A stretch of DNA of 64,000 nt, taken from the IMG/VR virus record IMGVR_UViG_3300005274_000001, positions 1-64,000 of that record. One strand, written 5' to 3'. The translations under genes were made by a program, and so were the position numbers. This document shows, piece by piece, positions 9,312-19,289 of this stretch (position 1 is its first letter; the number at the start of each line of letters is the position of its first letter). The stretch comes from a virus. A model generated the notes under the pieces. It saw nothing but the letters and a program-made list of their open reading frames with translations. It did not search any database and was not told the origin of the DNA.

Positions 9312-9755
9312 GTGGACCTCGTTTTGTTCTTTAAGATTTCTCTTCTGACCTTTTTAATTTCCCATGTTTATATACGATACCTAAAATACATTCCTAAATT
9401 CCGAGTATTTAAGGGAATTTTTCAAGAATACTATTATTGCTATGCGTGTGTTGGTTTTTGGGTGTCTTTAGCAACCACTTTAATCGTTCGCCCCGAAGTG
9501 AACGATGTTCTTTTGTTTGCAATATTAGGAACTATAGGATTTTTGTATAACTTTGAAACAAGCGTTCTTTTCTCTAAGATTAGAGAAGAAGGTTTTTTTG
9601 TGTTTAGTCCTGTTTCTACCGCTGCATTGCTTGCTACCTTTGTCTTTTTGATATCATTAAAGATCGTTGTTTTTTCTTTGCCACTAACATTTTCTTTGAC
9701 AAATGTGCTTTACAAAGAACTATACGAAAGGTTTTTGGGGGGTAGAGATGCCTAA
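9312..9755 (+). CDS. Membrane protein with CxxC-xxxW motif (DUF1360-like)
   Basis: Several TM segments; CYACVGFWVS; GGAGG SD before GTG. Confidence 0.65.
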   Translation: MDLVLFFKISLLTFLISHVYIRYLKYIPKFRVFKGIFQEYYYCYACVGFWVSLATTLIVRPEVNDVLLFAILGTIGFLYNFETSVLFSKIREEGFFVFSPVSTAALLATFVFLISLKIVVFSLPLTFSLTNVLYKELYERFLGGRDA

Positions 9756-10056
9756 AAAGGTAAAAACAGAAGATATTTTGTCTTCTTTAATACAAACAAA
9801 CTTCACATCTTCCAATAAAAAGGAGTTTTTTCCAACAACCAAGAAGGAGTTTTTAAGACTAAAAAAGTTTTTGGGAAAATCGTTAAACCTAGAAGGAAGA
9901 TATGATTTTGATGCTATATATTTGCCTATAAATGAAATTATATCTCTAGTTTCACAGAAGGATTATTGGACAACCAAAGAACTGAAACTACTTGATGATC
10001 AGATTAAAGAGTATTCTCTTAGATATTTAGTAAAGACTGTAGCAAATATGATATAA
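9748..10056 (+). CDS. Hypothetical protein
   Basis: ORF-track frame; likely start MPKK at 9748 after GGGGG. Confidence 0.7.
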   Translation: MPKKVKTEDILSSLIQTNFTSSNKKEFFPTTKKEFLRLKKFLGKSLNLEGRYDFDAIYLPINEIISLVSQKDYWTTKELKLLDDQIKEYSLRYLVKTVANMI

Positions 10057-10071
10057 TCTTTTTGAGGGCAT

Positions 10072-10419
10072 ATGGACAGAAACAACACAAGACAAAAATT
10101 TCAAGAGGTAAGACAGGCAAAAATGGTCGCATTTTTGTCTAATACATGTAGTTTTTGTCAACAACTGTTAAATGAATATGGTAATGTTTTAGATAATTTA
10201 GGTGTCGTAAAACTTGTGGTTGAAGAAGATAGGAATCTTTTCAACAGAGAGTATGAACATGTAAGAGAATGGCTAAAAAACAATAATCAAGAACTAGCAA
10301 AATACCCATATATAACTCCGGTCCTTCTAGTTAGAGGAGATAACATGAATACAGTTGGAGTTTATCTTGGATATATGAGTATAAAAACCTTTTTGGATCA
10401 GTTAACAAGTACGCAATAA
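10072..10419 (+). CDS. Thioredoxin/glutaredoxin-fold protein
   Basis: FLSNTCSFCQ CxxC, later ITPVLL cis-Pro loop and GY; plausible RNR reductant. Confidence 0.75.
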   Translation: MDRNNTRQKFQEVRQAKMVAFLSNTCSFCQQLLNEYGNVLDNLGVVKLVVEEDRNLFNREYEHVREWLKNNNQELAKYPYITPVLLVRGDNMNTVGVYLGYMSIKTFLDQLTSTQ

Positions 10420-10428
10420 AATGAAAGA

Positions 10429-10887
10429 ATGAGAGAAGTTATTTTACCTGAAATAAAAATTATCTATATCCCTGATAGAAAGGTCAGGTTTTATATTGAT
10501 TTTGAAAAGCTTTTTAATCTTGGTCTTCATAAGTCAAACCTTGTTGTAAGTTTCCAAAACAAAAACTTTGAGTTTTCTGAAGAAAATATCTTTGAAAGAC
10601 TACTTTTTAACTCCCCTCCTGAGGATAATATTGTTGAGGAATTTCAACCAATAGTTATAACTTTAACAATAAAAGTCGTAGAAAAACTAATTGTTAGATT
10701 TCTGGAATCAAAAAGTGAATACGATGTTAACTATGAAGAATTAGAATCTAAATTTAACGAAATAAAATCAAAATATGAAAACCTTGGGTTTATACTTGAA
10801 TTTGAAACAACATCATTAGTTCCCTTTTATCTGTTCGTGTTGGATGTTTTATTAGATGTATTTAAAATTGAGGAGGAGAAGCAATGA
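10429..10887 (+). CDS. Hypothetical protein
   Basis: ORF; TAAAAT-6 nt-ATG. Confidence 0.75.
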   Translation: MREVILPEIKIIYIPDRKVRFYIDFEKLFNLGLHKSNLVVSFQNKNFEFSEENIFERLLFNSPPEDNIVEEFQPIVITLTIKVVEKLIVRFLESKSEYDVNYEELESKFNEIKSKYENLGFILEFETTSLVPFYLFVLDVLLDVFKIEEEKQ

Positions 10888-12332
10888 AATATCTAACTAT
10901 AGCAAGTTCTGGAGCAGAAGATTTTATTTGTATTTCTAATTCTCCAGTAGATCAATCAACTAATAACTTGCCCTCTGATTCAAAATGTGTAAGACTAAAA
11001 ACAAAAACATCAACGATTGAAGGATTTTGTCCTCCAATAGGACAAAAAATACCAAAAGAAAATTATGTTGTGTACAACGAATCATCAAATTCAATTGATT
11101 ATTACGAAGCAAGCGCAAATACAAATTGTTCCGTTGGATATACAAAAAAAACAATAGCTTTATATCAAAAACCCAAATTCAGATATTTCAGAGCTTTAAT
11201 TTTATACGGATGGAGCATGAAGAATTATTCGTGTTTAGTGGACACTAGTGTAGCTCCAAATAGGTCCAAGCGTGGTTTAGTGCCGTTTAGATATGAAGTT
11301 TGGTATTTTGAGTTTGATTCCATAGAAGACGCATATGAATGGAGGAATCCAAAGCCCTATAATCTTACACCAATGCACTTATCTACTGAGTCAAGTATAT
11401 CTTCTACAACAAACTACCAAAGAGGAGTTGGCTACGCATCATCTGCAGATTATTTCTTTCTTGGTAATTACCTACATAGAACATATGGTCTTCAAAATAT
11501 AGATGATGAAGATGGAACAAAAACAATTTTTATAACTATCGGAGGATCCACAAATTCTGTACATATATTGTCTGGCAACTACACAAAAGTAAGAATGTAC
11601 GAAGGGGATTTTTACAATTACCTTTATAATCAAGCATACAATTCTTCCGGTTATCAAAACATACCACTTTGGCCTTTAAGACGGCAATTCACAACCAGCT
11701 ATAATGACTATACAGATGAAGAAAAGGAATCTATAGAAACTTTTTCAAATCTTTATATTGCAGGAATAGAATATGTTCTTCCAGATAGATATTTTAGACA
11801 AAATCCAATATACACAGGTGGAGGCAGCTATTGGGTATATACTTATACTCTTACTCCAAGCTTACAAAAATTAGATTCAACCAATACTATTGGTACAGAT
11901 AAAATGGGTTTTGCTGATTTATACATAAATTATCATTACGGAAGTGTAACTTATTTTACGGGTGCCGATGGAGTATATTTTTCTTCGGCAACCTCTACTT
12001 GTTCTTTTCCTTATCTTATTTCAAGAACTCTTTTTTATAACTCATCGGAAGCTTCACTTTATGCGACAAAGAATAGCATTTCTGGATATACAACATCTCC
12101 ACCAGATTCCAAACCACCAGTAATGTTTCCAATAATTGTAACTATGAGAGGAGATATAGGAGGATGTTTGCCATCTAATGTAAGACATGCAGCAATAAAA
12201 CTTGGCATAAGTATCGTTTATGCTGTGCAATATGGCCCAAACGAGGATATTCAAAAGTTGCCATCTTATATATTTCAAGACATTTGCCCCCCAAATACAA
12301 TTCCAAATGCACAATGGATTCTAAATCCATAA
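10884..12332 (+). CDS. Tyr/Ser/Thr/Cys-rich protein, possibly virion or receptor-binding
   Basis: 482-aa ORF with GAGGAGA SD; beta-rich composition. Confidence 0.6.
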   Translation: MKYLTIASSGAEDFICISNSPVDQSTNNLPSDSKCVRLKTKTSTIEGFCPPIGQKIPKENYVVYNESSNSIDYYEASANTNCSVGYTKKTIALYQKPKFRYFRALILYGWSMKNYSCLVDTSVAPNRSKRGLVPFRYEVWYFEFDSIEDAYEWRNPKPYNLTPMHLSTESSISSTTNYQRGVGYASSADYFFLGNYLHRTYGLQNIDDEDGTKTIFITIGGSTNSVHILSGNYTKVRMYEGDFYNYLYNQAYNSSGYQNIPLWPLRRQFTTSYNDYTDEEKESIETFSNLYIAGIEYVLPDRYFRQNPIYTGGGSYWVYTYTLTPSLQKLDSTNTIGTDKMGFADLYINYHYGSVTYFTGADGVYFSSATSTCSFPYLISRTLFYNSSEASLYATKNSISGYTTSPPDSKPPVMFPIIVTMRGDIGGCLPSNVRHAAIKLGISIVYAVQYGPNEDIQKLPSYIFQDICPPNTIPNAQWILNP

Positions 12333-12367
12333 ACTAGTTGTTTTCTTTGTTTTGTTAAGATGAAGTT

Positions 12368-13240
12368 ATGGCAATTTGCTATATAGGACAAGAAGAAGTT
12401 TATAGCACACCAAGCCATAACGATAGGCTTAATATTCTTGATGCAGAAAACGCTGTATCTTTACGGGACGACTTAAACTTCTTAAGAAGTGTAATATTCA
12501 ATATATTAGGATTAGACTATGAAGATGCGAATAATAAATGGTATAAAGTACCTTTTTACAACTTGACCTTTCTTTTTGAAAGATATTCTTCACTAGAATC
12601 AGATTTTTCTGTAGAACACTACACATCTTCCGAAAATCCAAATTTAGCTGGGAAGCATAAAAATATCACAGCAACAGGAAATTTAAATGTATCTGGATAT
12701 GGTTCAATAGGAAAAAATCTATCAGTTGGAAGTTATTTAGATGTAGGCACTACTCTAACAACTGGTTCAGATGCTACTATAGGAGGAAATCTAACAGTCA
12801 ATCTTAGTGGATCAATATTAATTGATTTGAGCGTAGGAAGAGATTTAAGCGTAGGAAGAGATACACAGGTAGGCAACAATCTTTCTGTTAATAACAACGC
12901 TACTATTGTAAATGATACAAGCGTTGGCGGGAATTTAACAGTAGGAGGATTTGGAACATTTGGTAGCTACATAAGCGTACAGGGAGATACTACAATTCAA
13001 GGTGCAACATCAGTAGGAGGAACCTTAACTGTAACTGGTGCTACCACTCTTCAAAATAATCTTAGCGTATCTGGTAATACTGACATATCTGGTACTCTAT
13101 CTGTTCTTAGCAATGCAACCTTTTCTGCCAACTCTACAGTTTCTGGAAACCTTACTGTAAATGGAAAGACTTCTACCTCTTCTTTGTATGTTGGAAAGCA
13201 GTATATAGAGTTATCTGGAACAGCAAATGTAACTAACTAG
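12368..13240 (+). CDS. Hexapeptide-repeat beta-helix protein, spike/fibre-like
   Basis: About 28 consecutive 6-aa repeats (VGGNLT, VSGNLT, VGRDLS...); two genes from a gp25-like gene. Confidence 0.65.
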   Translation: MAICYIGQEEVYSTPSHNDRLNILDAENAVSLRDDLNFLRSVIFNILGLDYEDANNKWYKVPFYNLTFLFERYSSLESDFSVEHYTSSENPNLAGKHKNITATGNLNVSGYGSIGKNLSVGSYLDVGTTLTTGSDATIGGNLTVNLSGSILIDLSVGRDLSVGRDTQVGNNLSVNNNATIVNDTSVGGNLTVGGFGTFGSYISVQGDTTIQGATSVGGTLTVTGATTLQNNLSVSGNTDISGTLSVLSNATFSANSTVSGNLTVNGKTSTSSLYVGKQYIELSGTANVTN

Positions 13241-13242
13241 TT

Positions 13243-13770
13243 ATGAAAGTAATAATAGCTAATCAAAAATTAGAAAAGTACTTAGCGAAGTCTTTTAGAA
13301 TAAGTGGAAACTTAACTTTTGAACATTACAGAGGTAGGTGGATTTATCACAACGATATAATCGTTCCGCATATATCCAATGACGACTTTGAAGGGTTTTA
13401 CTTTTCTGGAGAAAATATTATAACAACAGACAGAGAATTTGAGGAAAACAAAATATATTTTGTAAACACATTTGAAGGAATATTTACAAAAGATGATTTA
13501 CTTCTGGCAAAGTTAAGGATTGCTTATGAATTATCTCCAACAGAATATTTTGTTGTCATAAAAAATAACAAGTTTTTTGGCACTCTGTACAAAAACAATC
13601 CCCTTCTAGATGTGGCAAGCTACATAGTCCTTGAAACAGAAAAAAGACCAAGATTCAAAATCTACACAGATAGATTTGAAATGAAAAAGAAGCTTATTCA
13701 TATACTAAAAATGTCCACCTTGGAAATTGATGAAGAAATGTTCTTTAGATTAGATGAAATTATAAGTTAG
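13243..13770 (+). CDS. Hypothetical protein
   Basis: 175-aa ORF tightly packed in operon. Confidence 0.75.
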   Translation: MKVIIANQKLEKYLAKSFRISGNLTFEHYRGRWIYHNDIIVPHISNDDFEGFYFSGENIITTDREFEENKIYFVNTFEGIFTKDDLLLAKLRIAYELSPTEYFVVIKNNKFFGTLYKNNPLLDVASYIVLETEKRPRFKIYTDRFEMKKKLIHILKMSTLEIDEEMFFRLDEIIS

Positions 13771-13771
13771 T

Positions 13772-14257
13772 ATGCCACGCTGGAACACATTAGCAATAAA
13801 AAATTTTGGCTTTATTGAAGATAATGTATTATCTGTTTTTCAAAACTACAAAAACCAGTTCAATTTCAAAAACCAGGAACAGACTATACCAAACGATATC
13901 AAACTAAATTACGATGGGGATATAGACTTTTATAATAACGATATAATTTTGGCATATAATCTTGAAGCCTTTATTCAAAGGTTGTATTTTTTTCTGATAA
14001 CAAAAAAAGGAACCTTACCTGGAAATTCTGAATTTGGCGCATCTCTAGAAGATTATGTCGGAACAGGTAGACCCAACCTTAATGCTCTTGTAAAAAATTT
14101 AGAAGCAGATCTAAAATCATTTGATGAAATAGAGTACATAAATGATATCAAAGCATCTATAATTTCAAACGAACAAACAGAAATTATCGAAATAAATTTG
14201 GATTTAAAAGTAAAGGGATTTAAATATAGAACATTTTTAGACCTTGAATTGATTTAA
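13772..14257 (+). CDS. GPW/gp25-like baseplate wedge protein
   Basis: QRLYFFLITKKGTLPGNSEFGASLEDY matches the gp25 L.T.kG....p.fGs.L pattern. Confidence 0.75.
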   Translation: MPRWNTLAIKNFGFIEDNVLSVFQNYKNQFNFKNQEQTIPNDIKLNYDGDIDFYNNDIILAYNLEAFIQRLYFFLITKKGTLPGNSEFGASLEDYVGTGRPNLNALVKNLEADLKSFDEIEYINDIKASIISNEQTEIIEINLDLKVKGFKYRTFLDLELI

Positions 14258-14958
14258 TTGGTTTCGTACCACTTTCTGTAGTAGTCTATATCAAAATCTT
14301 CTTTTAAATTAAATTTATGTCCATGAACAACACCCTCACCTACTGCAATAGAAAGTTTTCTACTTAAAACATCATTTCTCCATCTGGGATTAGCTAAATC
14401 TGCAACAACATAAGCCAAAACCTTTAATTTCTCCCATTCATATTTTGGGTTAACTACTTTTATTCTTTTGTTATATTCGTTGATATGATCTCTTCTTGGA
14501 GCACCGTTTTGTACAGCTATATCAAAACACAAAGCTAAAGCCCTTTCACTTTCAAATCCCAATTCCTCACAAAGAAGTTGTGCCCTTCTGAAATAATTGT
14601 TTGCAGATACTTTAAAAGCTTCTATAGTTTCTTTTTCTTTGGCTAAATTTGCAAATTTTATTGACCACTCTCTTTTTACACCTTTACCTACAAGTACATT
14701 TTTGATGACAAAATCCTTTAATGTTCCGTTGTAAAGAGCCCCTACAAAGTCTTTCCCTAGGTGTTTTTCTAGAGTTTCTTTTTTTATAGATTTTAAGAGT
14801 TTTTGTAGAGTTCCTTGACCTATATTCCATTGAAGGGGGCCAAACGACAAAATTTGACCATCAAAGTTTCCAGCCACCCTCCCCCAATCTCCACTTACCT
14901 CAAATAAAGATACAAGCCTAAGAAGCTTTTCTTTTAGCTCTTCTTTTATCTTTCTCAT
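14254..14958 (-). CDS. Putative lysozyme-fold peptidoglycan hydrolase (endolysin candidate)
   Basis: FE...AGNFDGQILSFGPLQWNIGQGTLQ and FDIAVQNG motifs. Confidence 0.6.
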   Translation of the reverse strand: MRKIKEELKEKLLRLVSLFEVSGDWGRVAGNFDGQILSFGPLQWNIGQGTLQKLLKSIKKETLEKHLGKDFVGALYNGTLKDFVIKNVLVGKGVKREWSIKFANLAKEKETIEAFKVSANNYFRRAQLLCEELGFESERALALCFDIAVQNGAPRRDHINEYNKRIKVVNPKYEWEKLKVLAYVVADLANPRWRNDVLSRKLSIAVGEGVVHGHKFNLKEDFDIDYYRKWYETN

Positions 14959-15016
14959 ATAGTATCAGTTTAAGCACTCTAATAGGATAAAATTTTGTGA
15001 TAATATAAAATCAGCG

Positions 15017-16045
15017 ATGAAAACAAGAACTAGGACTATTGACGAAATTAGATACCTTAAAAGGCTAGAAAATATCATAAAAGCTAGAATGCAAGATATT
15101 GTTAATAACAATGATATTATTGAATCTGCACCCGAAGATAAAGTGAGAATAAGAATACCAATGATGGATGAACCATATTTTAAACCTGTGTTTCCTGGTA
15201 GTGGCGCTGGTGCAGGCTCTGGATCAGGAAACGAACCTGGGGAAGGTAGCGAAGAAGGAGAACACGAAATTGAGATTGAACTTACCGTGGAGGAACTTTC
15301 TGAGCTTTTGTTTGAATACTTAGGGTTGCCCAAAATAAAACCCAAAGGCTCTTCTGTAGAAAAAGAAGAATATATAATTGAAGGAATTTCCAAGACTGGA
15401 CCAAGATCTAGAATACATAGAAGAAAAACATACTATGAAATCATGAAGTATGGATATAGAGAAGATTCATTAAGATACAAACACCTAAGAAAAAAAGAAA
15501 TGCCAATTTTTGATGCAATAGTTTATTTTGCTAGAGATTATTCTGCATCAATTGACGATAGAAAGAAGTTCAAGATAAAATCAACTTCATTTTGGATAAA
15601 TAATTTTATTAAGTACAACTATAAAAATGTTAAGACAAAATTTGCAGTTCATGACACTAAGGCAAAGTTTGTAAATGAACATGAGTTTTTTAGACTATCT
15701 GAAGGTGGAGCAACAATATGTTCTTCTGTTTTTGAATTGATATATGAAGATTATAAGAATTATTCGGTAGATGACTACAATTTCTATCTTTTTTACTTCT
15801 CGGATGGAGAAAACTTACCAGACGATAACCCAAAACTTAGAGAACTTGTAGAAAAGCTTTCGGAAGACTTTAATTTGATAGCATACGGAGAAGTAAAAAG
15901 CGCAGATGCATATTACGGCTACGGTTCTAAAGAAACTTTGGTTCCAGTATTTAGCTCAATAGGAAAAGAAAATATTTTTGCAGAAAAAGTGTTTTCGGTA
16001 AAAGATTTTATAGTAAGACTTTTTGGTGATAACAATGAGAGATAG
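15017..16045 (+). CDS. yeaH: YeaH/YhbH (DUF444) vWA-domain protein
   Basis: Gly-rich GSGAGAGSG..GEGSEEGEH linker, LGLPKIKPK, MIDAS-like RDYSAS, GGATICSS, FSDGEN. Confidence 0.92.
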   Translation: MKTRTRTIDEIRYLKRLENIIKARMQDIVNNNDIIESAPEDKVRIRIPMMDEPYFKPVFPGSGAGAGSGSGNEPGEGSEEGEHEIEIELTVEELSELLFEYLGLPKIKPKGSSVEKEEYIIEGISKTGPRSRIHRRKTYYEIMKYGYREDSLRYKHLRKKEMPIFDAIVYFARDYSASIDDRKKFKIKSTSFWINNFIKYNYKNVKTKFAVHDTKAKFVNEHEFFRLSEGGATICSSVFELIYEDYKNYSVDDYNFYLFYFSDGENLPDDNPKLRELVEKLSEDFNLIAYGEVKSADAYYGYGSKETLVPVFSSIGKENIFAEKVFSVKDFIVRLFGDNNER

Positions 16046-17372
16046 AAACTACGAAAAAGAAACTTTAGAAATCCTTGATTGGGTAAGAGAATTAGGTCTT
16101 GAACCTAAAGATACAATTTTTGTAGATGTGGATAGAGATAAGCTAATATTTGCAATCTCTAACCACTTTGTTAATGGAATTCCTCATTGGACTAAAGGAA
16201 GAAATTTTATAAAGTACAAAGAGCAGGAATTGCAGGGTGGAAAAGTGTTTGAGGTTGTTTTTAATAGCACACCAGCAGTAGCCTATATGAGTTTGGCGTT
16301 GACAGAAGCTGATATATTGACGATTATTGCTCATGTTTACGGCCATACACACATTTTTGCAAACAATATTTTTGAATACAAAGATGACAATATACTAGAA
16401 AAACTCAACTATTCTCTACAAGTTTATGACGAAATGCTTTCTTACTATTCCTACGATGAGCTAGATGTAATTTATGACTACGCTTATACCGCTTGGAACC
16501 TATTAATTCCTGATGAAATTCGTGAAAATAAAATAGAAAACACAACTAAAGAAGAGTTTGTCGAAAACAAAACATTCAACAAGTTTTTGGGGAGAAAACC
16601 AAAGGTAGAAGATTTCAAGGAAAAGTACAAAAAAGAAAAGGAAATGGAGTTCAAAAAGAAATACGGAATAGGCTCTGTGTATATACATGAATACATACTA
16701 GAACATTCACCTATACCTGATTGGATGAAGACACTTATAAACAATGAAATTGACTTACTTAAAGTAATAATGAGGAAGTCAAAATTAAAAATTCTTCACG
16801 AAGGGTTTGCTTCTTGGGTAGATACAAAATACCTCCTTGAAAAAATGGAAGGAAAAGAGTTTTTTAGCAGTCTAATTTCATCTACGCTTGTTGGTTATCC
16901 TAGTTTGAGGAATCCTTACTACATTGGTTATAAATTGTTAGAATTTGCAGAAAAATTTATGGGAAAAGAAGTACCAGAATATGTTAAATATGTTGACGAT
17001 TTTGAGCTTATAGAAGAAGTGTTTAATGAAGACTTTTTCTATTGGCTTTTAAAACAGTTCCCTCTAGTTGAGGAGGAAAAGAAAATTTTGTCTGACAGGG
17101 AGTTGTTTGAAGAAGTTTTTGAGGATCAGAAACAAAGACTTCTATCGGAATGTTTGAACTATTACCCAATTATTTATATAGATGACTATCCAGATAATAT
17201 TGAAGAGCCGTCATACGATTATCTAAAAGTGTCTTCATATTCGCAAAACAGAAAACTAAAGCTTACTTCAAAAACACCACTAGATGCCAAATATGCCTAC
17301 GAAACGCTAAAGGTTTTAGAAAAAATTTGGATGGGACCGATTGTACTAAGATACAAAACGCTAAAAAAATAG
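16036..17372 (+). CDS. spoVR: SpoVR/YcgB family protein
   Basis: PHWTKG, FEVVFNSTPAVAY, IAHVYGHTH, HEGFASW, NPYYIG. Confidence 0.92.
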
Positions 17373-17399
17373 GCGAAAGTGCCGGGATATAATTAGATT

Positions 17400-19250
17400 A
17401 TGAACCTTGTGGATATTATAAATTTCTTTGGAACTACCGGATCACAACTTCCGTTTAACTTGAAAGAGGAAGGAGGCAAGTATTATCTAATAAATAACCC
17501 AAATAATATAGTGAACAACACCCCTCTTTTTGACGGAATTTATTTTGAATTAATTCAAGGCACGCTAGACAATCAAAACGGGTTAACTCAAAATTTGGTT
17601 GTTAAGCTAAGAAACCCAAACAACATACAAATAGCTTCTTCATATGTCGTTAGACTTTACAACGCTCAAAATGGTGCTCTGCTTTTTGAAACTTATGTAC
17701 CTTCTTCCTTTGATGGTTTAGAGGTTTCTTTTTCAACTAATGTAAATGTTCCACTTATTACGATAGAAGCAAACGGGTTAGTCCTTTATACAAGTTACGA
17801 ATATCTAAACGGCTATATTCCCTTAGATCAGAGAATTTACGCTTCTTTTAGAGATCCTAATAACATTGAAGTTTTCAGAGCTTTTTTCGTTAGAAAACTA
17901 AATAACAAAAGATACTTCACTTCAACCTTTAGATCTGTTTATAACAAGTTTTTAAATTCGTCAACAATCTATTTCAGATTTTTAGATGTTTACTTAAACA
18001 ATACAATAATAGGAAACTTCAACTATCAGATAATTACAGAGTTTAAATTTCCACAACAATATAGATTTATTTCAGAACAAGAAGCGTTTTCTATAAGCAC
18101 CTATTCAATAATGCTTTTAGCCTTCTATAAAGATTTTGTTGAAAAATTATCTGGGTTTTTAATAAATGAAATAGACTTCTCGCAGTTAGATAAAGATTTA
18201 AGAAACTTTCCTTACAAAAAATATTTTTATAACAAAAACACTCTGTCCTATGAAAAAGTATCTTCTTATGTAGACATAACAGAGCTTTTGCTTGCAATAC
18301 TGTTAGGAATAAAAGTATATGGAATGCTGGATTCTAGCAAACAAATAATTGATGATTTAGTTAATGAGTTAAATAACTTCTCACCTATTGTTTATTATCC
18401 AGATTCATCAGTCGGCTCGAAGGCTTTAATACCTGACATTATAAATTCTGATGTAGAAGAGCAGTATTCCTTATTTACAAATATTTTATTTGCGCATATA
18501 TTGAATCTTTTAGGAATAGATAATTCGCCACTAATCAGCGAAATAAACAGAGTATTTGTTAATAACAGCCAAAAAACAACAAACAGATCTTTAGGCTCTA
18601 TAAGCTCATTTACTCCTATTGAAGCAGCAGTTATTTTAAAATTTGCGCCGAAATATTTGGATGTAAACAATAGTTATGTTTCTTCACTAATTTCTTCTGC
18701 AACATCTCAGTTATATTCTGTAGAATATGTAAATTCTATATCGCTAAATTCCGATGTGAATTCAGATTCTTATAACCCAATATACGATGAAAATCTATCC
18801 TCTGCTTTGCCTTTTTACGATAAAAGAACATATTTAAACCTAATAATAAACATGCTGCTAGATAACCCGATAAACAATTTCATTTCCTTTTCTTCTGATG
18901 GAGCAATATTAGACAGCTACAAGTATTCAATTTACGAAAGTTTTTATATATTACCTTCGCTAAGAGCAAATTTGACCTACTTCTTTTTAAGCATAGAAAA
19001 TGTATTTGAAGGAAAAGTCGAAGAAAAATCAGAAGTTATACTTATAGATAGTGTTATAAGCCAAGCAGCAAACCATCTAATTGCAGAGCTAACTTTTAAT
19101 AAACCAGTAAAAATCTTGGCAATAATTTCTAACCAAGGAACACCATTAGCTTATGCATCATCAATGTCTGAAAGTGCCCACCACACATTGACATTTTCTA
19201 TATTCTCTCCTTCTTCAAACCATGTTTTAGAAATATATGTTCTTAACTAG
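17400..19250 (+). CDS. Hypothetical Asn/Ser-rich 616-aa protein
   Basis: Long ORF with its own TATAAT-6 nt-ATG leaderless start. Confidence 0.8.
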   Translation: MNLVDIINFFGTTGSQLPFNLKEEGGKYYLINNPNNIVNNTPLFDGIYFELIQGTLDNQNGLTQNLVVKLRNPNNIQIASSYVVRLYNAQNGALLFETYVPSSFDGLEVSFSTNVNVPLITIEANGLVLYTSYEYLNGYIPLDQRIYASFRDPNNIEVFRAFFVRKLNNKRYFTSTFRSVYNKFLNSSTIYFRFLDVYLNNTIIGNFNYQIITEFKFPQQYRFISEQEAFSISTYSIMLLAFYKDFVEKLSGFLINEIDFSQLDKDLRNFPYKKYFYNKNTLSYEKVSSYVDITELLLAILLGIKVYGMLDSSKQIIDDLVNELNNFSPIVYYPDSSVGSKALIPDIINSDVEEQYSLFTNILFAHILNLLGIDNSPLISEINRVFVNNSQKTTNRSLGSISSFTPIEAAVILKFAPKYLDVNNSYVSSLISSATSQLYSVEYVNSISLNSDVNSDSYNPIYDENLSSALPFYDKRTYLNLIINMLLDNPINNFISFSSDGAILDSYKYSIYESFYILPSLRANLTYFFLSIENVFEGKVEEKSEVILIDSVISQAANHLIAELTFNKPVKILAIISNQGTPLAYASSMSESAHHTLTFSIFSPSSNHVLEIYVLN

Positions 19251-19289
19251 CAAACAAATAAGCGAAATGAGTGCTATAATATACTCAAG

